A program made the translations under genes and the position numbers. A stretch of DNA of 64,000 bases from Pseudomonadota bacterium (GTDB lineage Bacteria; Bdellovibrionota; FAC87; UBA2466), in the NCBI GenBank assembly GCA_043767805.1, contig JAYUGC010000085.1:1-64000 (forward strand), read 5' to 3'. Within the stretch, counting starts at the first letter, position 1; each line of letters opens with the position of its first letter. Below are positions 49,017 to 59,768 of this stretch, one piece after another. Below the pieces are notes generated by a model. That model made no database searches and was not told the DNA's origin. It worked only from the letters and a program-made list of their open reading frames with translations.

Positions 49017-50686
49017 TGCATCACAATCCTGGAGATGTCGTTAAATAAGGTCAACCCTACCAACATAAGTATAAAAACCATGCCGATCTGGTTGGCAATC
49101 TCCATGGTCCGAATGGAGACCGGCTTTCCTTTCACCGCTTCGATTAAGAAGAAGAGCAAATGCCCTCCGTCAAGAATCGGAACGGGGAAAAGATTCAGCA
49201 AGAAGAGATTGATGCTGATGAGCGCCATCATCTGCAGGAAGGGGATGATGCCCGCGTCGAGGCTTTTTCCGGCGACGGAAGCAATAAGCACCGGGCCGCC
49301 GAGGTTCTTCACGGAGATTTGCCCGATCATCAATTTGAAGAGACTCACCACCATGCGCTGAGCCATGAGATTCACTTCACCCACGGCTTTTTTCACCAGG
49401 GCGACCGGCTCGCGAATTTGAACCTTCACGATGTCCGCCTCGTGGTAAGCCGCGCGCGGGGCAAAGCCCAGCATGAACTTACGAACGGGCTGGCGCGTGA
49501 TGGGATCTTCTCTAGTGGTCTCCGTGGGCTTCACCGAGACGGTGACCGGCTTGCCCGAGCGCTCGAGCTGAACCGCGACGGCTTGATCTTTCGCGCCGGT
49601 GGCTTGCACGGCATCGACGATGGTGTCGAAGTTGTAGATCGCGGTCTCGCCGATTTTCACGATGCGATCGCCCGCCACCATGCCCGACTGTTCCGCGGGG
49701 CTACCCGTGGTGACCTGATAGACGAAGAGCTCGGAGGGATACAGGCCGAGACTTTCCGAAAGACCGAGCACCGAAATCTGATCGGCCGCGGGACGTTTCG
49801 GAAAAGTGAGCGTGAACGACTCTTCCTTGCCGGGACCGTTCAAGTCGCCTTCGTTGGGGCGCTTCACGGTGAGCGCGACGGGCTTACCCTCTTCCCAAGC
49901 CTTATCCAGAATATCGTTCAAATCGTCGTAAAAGGTGACCGGCTTCGCGCCGATTTTGAGAATGGTATCGCCGCTGCGCACGCCCGCGAGGTAGGCGGCC
50001 GACTCCGGACTCGAGACACCGACCATGGGATCGAGGGGGTTCGGAGAAATGCCCTTGATGCCTCCAACCTCTTCGTCCTCGCCGTAGACGTTTTTCAGCC
50101 GAACCCGGCTCACGGTCACCGGCAGATTCATCGACTTGCCCGCGCGTTCGATTTGGACTTCGATCTGTCTGCCTTCCATTGGCTTCAAGAGATCTTCGAG
50201 ATCGAGCCAGGTCTTCACCGGGGTTCCCCCGGCCGTCAAAATGCGATCTTGGTTACGAAGGCCGGCGTCCCACGCGGGGCTCGCCACGATGACGGAACCA
50301 ATCTTCGTTCCCGCCACGGGCTTACCCGCCCAGAAGACGAACGTGAAGAGCACGTAGGCGAGTAGCAGGTTCGCAATGGGACCCGCCGCCACGATCAAAA
50401 AGCGCTTATAAAGTTTCTGAGTGCAAAACGCGCGAGCCGCTTGATCGGCGGGAACGCCCTTGTAAGGGTCGTCTCCCATGAGCTTCACGTAACCGCCCAA
50501 GGGAAAGAGGGAGAGCGCGTACTCAGTCTCGCCGATGGTGCGGCGGAAAAGCTTCTTGCCGAATCCGAGAGAGAAAACCTCGACCTTTACGCCGAAGAGC
50601 TTAGCGACCAAATAATGGCCGGACTCGTGAAAGAAAATGAGCCCGCCTAAGAGGACTACGACGCCTACGACTGAGGTCAGTAACAC
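49013..50686 (-). CDS. rseP: RIP metalloprotease RseP with PDZ domains
   Basis: FHESGHY, AGPIAN, NLFPVPILDGGH. Confidence 0.95.
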   Translation of the reverse strand: MLLTSVVGVVVLLGGLIFFHESGHYLVAKLFGVKVEVFSLGFGKKLFRRTIGETEYALSLFPLGGYVKLMGDDPYKGVPADQAARAFCTQKLYKRFLIVAAGPIANLLLAYVLFTFVFWAGKPVAGTKIGSVIVASPAWDAGLRNQDRILTAGGTPVKTWLDLEDLLKPMEGRQIEVQIERAGKSMNLPVTVSRVRLKNVYGEDEEVGGIKGISPNPLDPMVGVSSPESAAYLAGVRSGDTILKIGAKPVTFYDDLNDILDKAWEEGKPVALTVKRPNEGDLNGPGKEESFTLTFPKRPAADQISVLGLSESLGLYPSELFVYQVTTGSPAEQSGMVAGDRIVKIGETAIYNFDTIVDAVQATGAKDQAVAVQLERSGKPVTVSVKPTETTREDPITRQPVRKFMLGFAPRAAYHEADIVKVQIREPVALVKKAVGEVNLMAQRMVVSLFKLMIGQISVKNLGGPVLIASVAGKSLDAGIIPFLQMMALISINLFLLNLFPVPILDGGHLLFFLIEAVKGKPVSIRTMEIANQIGMVFILMLVGLTLFNDISRIVMH

Positions 50687-50810
50687 TGGAAGCCTCCCGA
50701 AGTTAAATCCTCGCTGATTCTAAACCATGGTCCTCCCAAGGGAAACCTAGTAATTCCCACGTTTTCGCAAAGGCAGCCTGTCCGACGTCGCCGGAGGCGG
50801 AGACGGAGCG

Positions 50811-51656
50811 TTAATTTCCAGAGAACTCAAAAATGGCGAGCTCCGGCCGGCAGTTGAGACGCATGTCGACGAGGGTCGTGCCGATCCCGCGGCTTATGTA
50901 CATGCGCGTCGTTCCCAGCTCGTACCAGCCTTTCAGAAAGCGGCCGGACCCCGGCGGAAGATAAAGGGGTCCCACGCCCGGGAACCGAATCTGCCCGCCA
51001 TGGGTGTGACCCGCGAGGGCCAGATCGACCTGTCCCTCCAGCAGATCGAAAAGCACCGGCGAGTGAAAAGCGCCCAGCCGAAAGGCGCCGGCGGGGATCT
51101 GACCGACAGCAAGTTTGATGTCGGGACTTCCCTTGAAGGGATCGTCGAAGCCCGCGATCCAAAGTTCGGGCGTGATAGGGGCGGCTTCATTGACGAGCAG
51201 ACGCACTCCGGCCTCGTTATAGAAGGCCTTTTCGTCGGTCACGGCGGGCTTTGCTTCTTTTTCGAGACGATTGGTGTCTTCCCAGTTTCCGCGCACGACC
51301 CAGACGCCCAAGGGCGCTTTGAATCGTTTCAGAACGTCTCTCACCCGGTACCAATCGGAGCGAACGGTGATGTAATCGCCGGTAATCACGATGGCGTCCG
51401 GCTTTTCGGCGTCCAAGAGCTCGAGTAGCCGTCGCTCCCTTCCTGAGTACCCGCGGGTGTGGAGATCCGACACCTGGGCGATTTTCAGGGGACGCTTTAG
51501 CTTCGCGGGGATTTGGTGTCGAGTGACTTCGATCCAATACGGCTCGATCCAAAAACCGTAGAAAGCAATGACCGCCAGGCAGACGTAGCCCACGAGGACG
51601 AACTTGCCTCCGGTTCGCAACTTGCGCTCGGTGTTAGCATCGAAAAAACTAGGCAC
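50811..51656 (-). CDS. Metallophosphoesterase (YkuE/YaeI-like)
   Basis: SDLH, TGD, GNWE, AGHTHGGQI, SRGIG. Confidence 0.9.
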   Translation of the reverse strand: MPSFFDANTERKLRTGGKFVLVGYVCLAVIAFYGFWIEPYWIEVTRHQIPAKLKRPLKIAQVSDLHTRGYSGRERRLLELLDAEKPDAIVITGDYITVRSDWYRVRDVLKRFKAPLGVWVVRGNWEDTNRLEKEAKPAVTDEKAFYNEAGVRLLVNEAAPITPELWIAGFDDPFKGSPDIKLAVGQIPAGAFRLGAFHSPVLFDLLEGQVDLALAGHTHGGQIRFPGVGPLYLPPGSGRFLKGWYELGTTRMYISRGIGTTLVDMRLNCRPELAIFEFSGN

Positions 51657-52803
51657 TTAAAGATCGTACCAATTCGGAGGCCACCCGACGAGCTTTCGCG
51701 TCTTCTTCGTAAATTTGCTCGAGCGAGCTAATGGCGCCCGTCGCGGTCGCCGCGAGGGACTCTCCCACGACGGTGGGAATTTGGGAAAAGAGCAGCTGGC
51801 GGTTCAAGAAAGCTTCCACCGCGATTTCGTTGGCGGCGTTGATGGCGACGAGATGCGTGCCTCCCGACCGCAGCGCTTCGCGAGCGAGCTTTAAGGAAGG
51901 AAACCGCACGAGGTCCGGCTCGAAAAACTCGAGCTTCGCCATCTCGGACAACTTCAGCTTCTCCACCGCCTGAGGCAAACGCTCCGGATGCGCGAGCGCA
52001 TGGGCGATGGAGGCTTTCATGTCGGGTTTGGAGAGCTGCGCGAGACAGGTGTTGTCCTTCAGCCAAAGGGCGCCGTGAAGAATGCTTTGCGGGTGCACCC
52101 AAATCTCGATCTTGGGCTCTGGCACGTCGAAAAGAAAATGCGCTTCGATGAGCTCGAGACCCTTGTTCATGAGCGTCGCGGAATCGACGGAAATCTTAGG
52201 GCCCATCTTCCAGTTCGGATGAGCGACAGCGATTTCGGGCGTCACCTGATCGAGGGGAAGCTCGGGGCGACGCAGAAGCGGGCCTCCGCTTGCGGTCAGG
52301 ACCATGGTCTCGACATCTTGGCGAGGCCGTCCTTCGAGGAGCTGATAAAGTGCGTTGTGCTCGCTATCGACGGGAATGACGACGGCTCGACTGCGCTCGC
52401 ACTCGCGGCGAAGCAGAGCGCCGGCCACCACCAAAACTTCCTTGTTCGCCAGCGCCACGCGGCGATTCGCGCGAATCGCCGCGAGCGTCGGCGCCATGGC
52501 GGCAAAACCGACGATACCCATGACCACGGTGCCGACTTCCGAGTGCTCGACACAAGCTTTGAGCCCTTCGTCGCCACAAACCACTTCGAGTCCGGGAAAT
52601 TCCTGGGCGAGAGCTTTCGCCCCGGAGGCCTCGAGCACCGACACGAGCTTCGGCCGGTATTTGCGAATCTGCTCACGCATTTTATCGAGGCTTTTCGCCG
52701 CGGCGAGAGTGACGACGCGGTACTTATCCGGGAAGCGATCGACCAGCGCGAGAGTGTTCGCGCCAATGGTGCCCGTGGAACCTAGAACGGCTAAACCCGT
52801 CAT
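51649..52803 (-). CDS. dxr: DXP reductoisomerase
   Basis: LGSTGTIG, LANKE, PVDSEH, HPNWKMGPKISVDSATLMNKGLE. Confidence 0.97.
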   Translation of the reverse strand: MTGLAVLGSTGTIGANTLALVDRFPDKYRVVTLAAAKSLDKMREQIRKYRPKLVSVLEASGAKALAQEFPGLEVVCGDEGLKACVEHSEVGTVVMGIVGFAAMAPTLAAIRANRRVALANKEVLVVAGALLRRECERSRAVVIPVDSEHNALYQLLEGRPRQDVETMVLTASGGPLLRRPELPLDQVTPEIAVAHPNWKMGPKISVDSATLMNKGLELIEAHFLFDVPEPKIEIWVHPQSILHGALWLKDNTCLAQLSKPDMKASIAHALAHPERLPQAVEKLKLSEMAKLEFFEPDLVRFPSLKLAREALRSGGTHLVAINAANEIAVEAFLNRQLLFSQIPTVVGESLAATATGAISSLEQIYEEDAKARRVASELVRSLSA

Positions 52804-53623
52804 AAAAGCCTCCCGAGAATGAATTTCACAAAGAGGAAAAACGCCGGGGCAGCCAAGGCAAGCCCATCGGTACGATCGAGAATACCCCCATGCCCGGGGA
52901 GCAGGCCACCGGAATCCTTGACCGCGCAGCTACGCTTCAAGAGCGACTCGAAGAGGTCTCCGAACTGGGCCAAAATGCTGCCCATGAACGCAAAGCCGAG
53001 AACGGCCCAGCACAGCTCGGGCGTCGGCTGTCCTTTATAGACGAAGTGAAGCCACCAGGCGGCGATAGCCACCGAGCCCAACGTGCCTCCGACGGCGCCC
53101 TCCACCGTTTTCTTGGGACTAATCTTCGAGGCAAGCGGGTGCTTACCGAAAAGCATGCCCGCGAAATAAGCGACGGTGTCTCCCATGGAGACGATAAGAA
53201 ACAAAAGCAAAAGCAGATGGCGCCCGTGCACGGGCGTCTTCAAAATGGGAAGCAAGAAACCAAAGAGCGCGACCGAATAAAGATAGCCGAAGAACTCCGC
53301 GCGAAACTGAGAGACGCTTTCTCCCAAGTTCGGGGAGAGATTGGCGCGAGTCACATGCCACGCACAATGCACCATGAAGACGATCCAGACGGAGACGGCC
53401 CACGCTTCCAGAGAATGAGCCAACGCGAAAATGGAAGCCGCGATGAGAACGCCGACCCGCGCGAGCCGCAGCCAATCGAACGCATCGAAGAACAGGCGAT
53501 CGTACTCGTAGTAGGCGAGTAAGCCGAAGAGCACGACTACAAAGCCCACGAGCGGCTCGGGGCCCTTGTAAATGAGGGCGACCAAGAGAAGGGCCGCGAT
53601 GACCCCCGTCACGAGTCTAGCTT

Positions 53624-53627
<4 letters not shown>
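52800..53627 (-). CDS. cdsA: Phosphatidate cytidylyltransferase
   Basis: ISPKKTVEG, GDLFESLLKR..VKDSG..LPGHGGILDR. Confidence 0.95.
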
Positions 53628-54382
<755 letters not shown>

Positions 54383-54391
54383 AGGGCGAGA

Positions 54392-54934
54392 TTAGAGCGA
54401 CGAAATCTCGGTGGACTTCGCGTCTACGATTTTGTCGGTTTCTTTTACGAAGTTGTCGGTGAGCGCCTGAATTTCTTTTTCGAAGCGCTTCATCTCGTCT
54501 TCGGGAAGCTTATCGGCCTTGGCTCCGTCCAGGGCTTCCTTACGGAAGTTGCGGATGGCGACTTTCGTGTCTTCGCCCGTCTTCTTGATCTGCTTCACGT
54601 ACTCTTTGCGGCGATCCTCGGTGAGGGGTGGCAAGGTGATGCGGATCATTTTGCCGTCGTTCATCGGAGTCACTCCGAGGTTCGCGGCGAGAATGCCTTT
54701 TTCGACTTCCCCGATGACGCTTCGGTCCCAGGGAGTAATCGTGATGGAGCGCGCATCCGGAATGTTGATGGCGGCCACTTCCTTGATGGTCATGGGGCTG
54801 CCGTACACATCGAGGCGGACGCCTTCCACCATAGCGGTGGTAGCGCGGCCGACCCGGAGCTTCGAAAATTCGGTTTTCAGATGCTGGATGGTTTTATCCA
54901 TCCGTCCTTTGCTTTCGTTGAGCTTGTCGTTCAC
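54392..54934 (-). CDS. frr: Ribosome recycling factor
   Basis: [24 protein letters not shown] start overlaps the pyrH stop. Confidence 0.96.
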   Translation of the reverse strand: MNDKLNESKGRMDKTIQHLKTEFSKLRVGRATTAMVEGVRLDVYGSPMTIKEVAAINIPDARSITITPWDRSVIGEVEKGILAANLGVTPMNDGKMIRITLPPLTEDRRKEYVKQIKKTGEDTKVAIRNFRKEALDGAKADKLPEDEMKRFEKEIQALTDNFVKETDKIVDAKSTEISSL

Positions 54935-55668
54935 TTGTCTCTCCTCACGAAAGTGCCGATGTCTTCTCCCATGATGACCCGTTTCAAGTTGCCGGACTTG
55001 GTCAGATTGAAGACCAGAATCGGCAGCCCGTTGTCCATACAAAGGGAAATGGCCGTCGAGTCCATCACCTTCAGATTGTTTTTGAGCACATCGAGATAAT
55101 CGAGGCGCTTGTAGAATATCGCGTTGGGATTCTTTTCCGGGTCATCACTGTAAACGCCGTCCACGCGGGTCGCTTTCATGATGACGTCGGCGCCGATTTC
55201 CATCGCTCGCAAAGAAGCGGCGGTATCGGTGGTGAAATAGGGATTACCCGTTCCGGCCGCGAAGATGACGACGCGGCTTTTTTCGAGATGGCGCACGGCG
55301 CGCCGGCGGATGTAGGGCTCCGCGAGCTGGTGCATCTCGATGGCGGACATCACGCGAGTGTAGACGCCGCATTTTTCGAGCACGTCCTGCAGCGCGAGGC
55401 TATTGATGACCGTAGCCAACATGCCCATGTGATCGCTGGACGTGCGATCCATGCCGAGAGCCGTGCCGGCGACACCGCGGAAGATGTTTCCTCCGCCGAT
55501 AACCAAGGCAATCTCCACGCCGAGGTCGTGAATGACTTTCACTTCCTTGGCGATGGCCGTCAAAGTGGCGGTGCAAATCCCGAAGTCGTTCTCGCCGGCC
55601 AGCGCCTCGCCGCTGAGCTTCAGCAGAATACGTTTGTACCGAACTTTGCCTTCGCCTTCCGAGCTCAT
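54931..55668 (-). CDS. pyrH: UMP kinase
   Basis: [27 protein letters not shown]. Confidence 0.97.
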   Translation of the reverse strand: MSSEGEGKVRYKRILLKLSGEALAGENDFGICTATLTAIAKEVKVIHDLGVEIALVIGGGNIFRGVAGTALGMDRTSSDHMGMLATVINSLALQDVLEKCGVYTRVMSAIEMHQLAEPYIRRRAVRHLEKSRVVIFAAGTGNPYFTTDTAASLRAMEIGADVIMKATRVDGVYSDDPEKNPNAIFYKRLDYLDVLKNNLKVMDSTAISLCMDNGLPILVFNLTKSGNLKRVIMGEDIGTFVRRDK

Positions 55669-55683
55669 TTTACCCCGTTGTGA

Positions 55684-56286
55684 TTAAGCCTGGGTCGCGA
55701 CGCCTTCACCGAGTTGAAAACGCGCGAAGCGGCGGATCGCAATATTCTCGCCCAGCTTCATAATCATGGCTTTGGTCAATTCTTCGATCGTCTTATCCGG
55801 ATCCTTCACGAAGCGCTGCTGAATGAGGCAAACTTCTTCGTAGAACTTGCCCATCTTGCCTTCGACGATTTTCTCGATGACGGGACCCTTCTTGCCCGAG
55901 GCTTCCGCCTGGGCCACGAAGACGGCCTTTTCGCGATCAAGATCGACCTGGGTCACTTGCTCTTTGTTCAAGAAGCGGGGATTGGCGGCCGCAATGTGCA
56001 TGGCGACGTCGCTGACGAATGCCTTGTACTCGTCGGTATTGGCGACGAAGTCGGTTTCGCAGTTAATCTCGACCAAGACGCCGATCTTGCCGCCGGCGTG
56101 AATGTAAGAGTGAACGAGACCCTGATTGGCGACTCGTCCCGCTTTTTTCACGGCAGCCGCGAGGCCCTTCTGACGAAGGAACTCGATGGCCTTATCGATA
56201 TTGTTTTCGTTCTCGGCCAAGGCCTTTTTGCAGTCCAAAAAGCCCGCGCCAGTACGTTCGCGCAATTCCTTGATTGAATCCATCAT
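55684..56286 (-). CDS. tsf: Elongation factor Ts (short form)
   Basis: IKELRERTGAG, NCETDFVA, GENIAIRRF. Confidence 0.96.
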   Translation of the reverse strand: MMDSIKELRERTGAGFLDCKKALAENENNIDKAIEFLRQKGLAAAVKKAGRVANQGLVHSYIHAGGKIGVLVEINCETDFVANTDEYKAFVSDVAMHIAAANPRFLNKEQVTQVDLDREKAVFVAQAEASGKKGPVIEKIVEGKMGKFYEEVCLIQQRFVKDPDKTIEELTKAMIMKLGENIAIRRFARFQLGEGVATQA

Positions 56287-56300
56287 ATGGTCGGTTCCTT

Positions 56301-57203
56301 CTACTTCTCGGGCTCGGTGTCGGTCGCGGGGGTCGCGGCCGGCGTGCCTTCGTCTTCTTCGATTTCCGTCTCAGCGCGGTAGTCGACATCCGTGGGGATG
56401 TTCTTTAGCTGGCGGCGAACCACCAACGGGCCACTCGGCTTGGCAGCTTCCTTGGTCGCGCCTTCCGGCTTAACTTCCTGGAGCTGTTCCTTCGGCTGAT
56501 TCTGGCGAGCCCGCTGCTCGTAGGCGTTGGCGCCTTCGAGGCACGCATCGGCGACGAGGTTGACGAACAAGTTGACCGATTTGAAAGCGTCGTCGTTACC
56601 GGGGATCACGTAATCGACGGGATCCGGGTTGCAGTTCGTATCGACGAGAGCGACCACCGGGATTCCCAGGCGATTGGCTTCGGCGACCGCAATGCGCTCG
56701 GTCTCGGGATCGACCACGAAGAGGGCCTGGGGAAGCGCGCGCATGTTGCGGACGCCGCCGAGGCTCGCGTCGAGCTTCTTGCGCTTACGTTCCCACATGA
56801 CGGTTTCCTTCTTGGGGAGCACGTCGTACGTCCCGTCGGTGCGCCAGCGGTCGATTTTATCGAGGCGCTCGCAACCCTGACGGATGGTAGCAAAATTGGT
56901 GAGCATGCCACCGAGCCAGCGCTCGGAAACGAAGGGCATTCCAGCCCGTTCCGCGGCTTCACGGCCGGGGATCTTGGCTTGCTTCTTGGTCGCCACGAAG
57001 AGGACTTTGCCGCCTTCGCCGACGATGTTCTTCACGAACTTGCACGCTTCCCGCGCGTACACGACCGTTTTCTCGAGGTCGATGATGTAGATGCCGTTGC
57101 GCGGGCCGTGGATGAACGGCTTCATCTTCGGGTTCCAACGGTGAGTCTGATGTCCAAAATGGACACCGGCCTCGAGCATGGTTTTCATGGAAATATCAGG
57201 CAT
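56301..57203 (-). CDS. rpsB: 30S ribosomal protein S2
   Basis: LEAGVHFGHQT..WNPKM, RWLGGMLTN, DTNCNPD, PGNDD. Confidence 0.98.
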   Translation of the reverse strand: MPDISMKTMLEAGVHFGHQTHRWNPKMKPFIHGPRNGIYIIDLEKTVVYAREACKFVKNIVGEGGKVLFVATKKQAKIPGREAAERAGMPFVSERWLGGMLTNFATIRQGCERLDKIDRWRTDGTYDVLPKKETVMWERKRKKLDASLGGVRNMRALPQALFVVDPETERIAVAEANRLGIPVVALVDTNCNPDPVDYVIPGNDDAFKSVNLFVNLVADACLEGANAYEQRARQNQPKEQLQEVKPEGATKEAAKPSGPLVVRRQLKNIPTDVDYRAETEIEEDEGTPAATPATDTEPEK

Positions 57204-57306
57204 GGGCTTCTCCGGTTTCATCTTCCGCCTCAAACCCCCTTCGATGAACCTTCACCAAGGAGACCAGAAAAATCACTGAGGCGTGCTTAATCGTCGCAAT
57301 GGGTTA

Positions 57307-57870
57307 TCACGGGGTTATGGGAGTGTCTAGGCCAAACACCTGCAGAATCCGGTAGCGATAGGGGCCCACGGGGACGCTCTCATACAGCCCGACGGCGCTC
57401 ACCGCGTAATTGAATTGGACCGCGGGAAGCCCTCCCAAAGGAACCGCTCCCCTGAACCGGGCGATAGTCACATGAGGCACGTAAGGACGGGACTCGACCT
57501 CGAGCCCCGCCTCCTTTAGACGGACGGCCAAGGCTACCCAAAGGTCCTGAAGAAGGGATACGGCTTCGGTCGCACCCACCGCCTCGACCCTGGGACGCTC
57601 GGAAGTGGGAAAATGGAAGAACCGATCCATGGGCTGCTCGCAGCGGATGCCCAAACCGCCCTGCCCTAACGCCGCCCAGAGGATCCCCTCGGCTTCGGGC
57701 TCGACCGCGCCCAGAAAATGGAGGGTCAGATGGAGGTCTTCAGGTTTGAGCCAGGAAACCCCAGGCGACCTGAGCGTCTGCTTCCTTCCTTGTTGAAGGG
57801 CAGTCATCTCCTTTAGACTCGCTGGATTGGGAGGCACTCCCAGGAACAGCCTTCGGGCGGTGGTCGGCAT
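57307..57870 (-). CDS. thpR: RNA 2',3'-cyclic phosphodiesterase (2H family)
   Basis: HLTL and PHVTIAR 2H motifs. Confidence 0.88.
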   Translation of the reverse strand: MPTTARRLFLGVPPNPASLKEMTALQQGRKQTLRSPGVSWLKPEDLHLTLHFLGAVEPEAEGILWAALGQGGLGIRCEQPMDRFFHFPTSERPRVEAVGATEAVSLLQDLWVALAVRLKEAGLEVESRPYVPHVTIARFRGAVPLGGLPAVQFNYAVSAVGLYESVPVGPYRYRILQVFGLDTPITP

Positions 57871-57878
57871 TACTCTAT

Positions 57879-59768
57879 ATGAACAGAGCCGAGGTTATCC
57901 CTTCAAATGATTTTCTGGAGCGTATCCAGAACTGGCCGATGCAGCCCGGCGTTTACGTCATGCGGGACGTCGCGAACCGCATCCTTTATGTCGGTAAGGC
58001 CAAAAACCTCAAAAACCGGATTCGGTCCTATTTCCAGGATCCGGCGAAGCTGACTCCCAAGACCAGGGTCCTCGTTAAGAAGATCGCCGAGCTCGAGTTC
58101 ACCGTGACCAATACGGAGCTCGAGGCGCTGCTCCTCGAGTGCAGTCTCATCAAGAAGCACCGGCCGCGGTACAACATCCGGTTGAAGGACGATAAGAACT
58201 TTCCTTACGTCGTTTTGGATTTCACGCATCCCTTTCCGCAGCTGCGCATCACGCGGCGGGTGGTCTTCTCGCCAGACCTGAAATACTTCGGTCCGTATAG
58301 TGGCAGCATCCGGGACATCACCCGCTTCATCTTGAAGACCTTTCAGATCCGGGACTGCACGGACTCGAAGTTCAAGGGACGCACGCGGCCGTGTTTGAAT
58401 TACGAGATCGGCACCTGCACGGGCCCTTGCGTGAATCTGGTGACGGAAGACGCCTACTCGGCGCAAATCCGGGCGGCGATCCTTTTTCTCCAGGGGAAAA
58501 AGATTCAGCTTCTCTCGGGACTCAAAGCGGAAATGGCCCGCGCGTCCGACGCCCAGGAATATGAAAAAGCGATGATCGCTCGCGACAAGATCGCCTCTTT
58601 AAATCGACTAAGTGAAAAACAAGACGCGGTACTGACCGGTAACAACAAGGACATCGACATCGTCGGTAAATACGAGACGGGCGACGATATTCAGTGGGCC
58701 GTGCTCTTTGTGCGCGCAAGCCTTCTCATCGGCCGGCGCACCGACAAGACTTCCATTCCGGCGGGCGCCGAGGAAAACCCGCTGCGCAGCTTTCTCGAGC
58801 AATTCTACGCCGTATCGCTTCTTCCCGACGAAATCTGGATCATGGACGACTTCGAAGGCCGCGAGGACTTGGAGGCGATGTTCTCCGAGCGAGCCGGAAA
58901 GAAGGTGGCGGTACAGGTCAAGCGCAGCGAAAAACCTTTACGCCTACTCGGCATGGCACAGGAAAACGCGAAACTCATTTATCAAGATGCCAAGCGCCTG
59001 AAGACCGATTCCGCAACCGAACAACTTCAGGAAGCGTTGGGAATGGCCGATCCACCGCACACCATCGAGGGTATCGACGTCTCGAACTTGCAAGGGCAGA
59101 ACCCGGCGGTTGCTCTCGTTCATTTTGCCGATGAGAGACCATTGAAGAGCCGGTACCGCCTCTACTATCCGAAGACCATTGAAGGGCAAAACGACTTCGG
59201 CATGATTCAGGAAGTGGTGCATCGCCGCTTCAGCAAGCTCGGAGAGAATCCGCCGCCGGATTTGCTCCTTATCGACGGCGGCAAAGGGCAATTGAACGCG
59301 GCACTAAAAGCACTTTCCGATCTGGGCCAGGACATTCCGATTCTCGCGCTTGCGAAATCCAGAACGAACCGCGCCTTCACGCGAAAGGAAGTCGAGCGCT
59401 CGGAAGAGCGCATCTTTTTGCCGGGCCGAAAAAATCCTCTCATCTTGCGAGAAGGCCACCCGGCGCTTCGTATCTTGCAGCAAGTGAGGGATGAAGCGCA
59501 TCGCTTCTCGGTGAAGAGCCATCGGAGGCGCCGCGAAAAAGCGGAGATGACGTCGCCGCTGGACGAGGTCGAAGGCATCGGGCCGAAGCTCAAAGAGAAA
59601 CTTCTGAAAACTTTCGGCGATCTCGAAACGATCCGCGCGACTTCGGCGGAAGATCTCGCCGCGGCGGGTGTCCCGAAAGCCACGGCGGAGCGGCTGCTCG
59701 TGGAGCTCAACCGGGAGGACGATCCCTTGTCATCCGTTGAGGGCGATGAGACAGTTGGCGGCTCATGA
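57879..59768 (+). CDS. uvrC: Excinuclease ABC subunit C
   Basis: PGVY, YVGKAKNL, PRYNIRLKDDK, IDGGKGQ, RDEAHRF. Confidence 0.97.
   Translation: MNRAEVIPSNDFLERIQNWPMQPGVYVMRDVANRILYVGKAKNLKNRIRSYFQDPAKLTPKTRVLVKKIAELEFTVTNTELEALLLECSLIKKHRPRYNIRLKDDKNFPYVVLDFTHPFPQLRITRRVVFSPDLKYFGPYSGSIRDITRFILKTFQIRDCTDSKFKGRTRPCLNYEIGTCTGPCVNLVTEDAYSAQIRAAILFLQGKKIQLLSGLKAEMARASDAQEYEKAMIARDKIASLNRLSEKQDAVLTGNNKDIDIVGKYETGDDIQWAVLFVRASLLIGRRTDKTSIPAGAEENPLRSFLEQFYAVSLLPDEIWIMDDFEGREDLEAMFSERAGKKVAVQVKRSEKPLRLLGMAQENAKLIYQDAKRLKTDSATEQLQEALGMADPPHTIEGIDVSNLQGQNPAVALVHFADERPLKSRYRLYYPKTIEGQNDFGMIQEVVHRRFSKLGENPPPDLLLIDGGKGQLNAALKALSDLGQDIPILALAKSRTNRAFTRKEVERSEERIFLPGRKNPLILREGHPALRILQQVRDEAHRFSVKSHRRRREKAEMTSPLDEVEGIGPKLKEKLLKTFGDLETIRATSAEDLAAAGVPKATAERLLVELNREDDPLSSVEGDETVGGS

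Noticed and set aside
55684..56286. Truncated EF-Ts pseudogene
   Set aside because: An approximately 200-aa EF-Ts is a known natural form, and its motifs and termini are intact.
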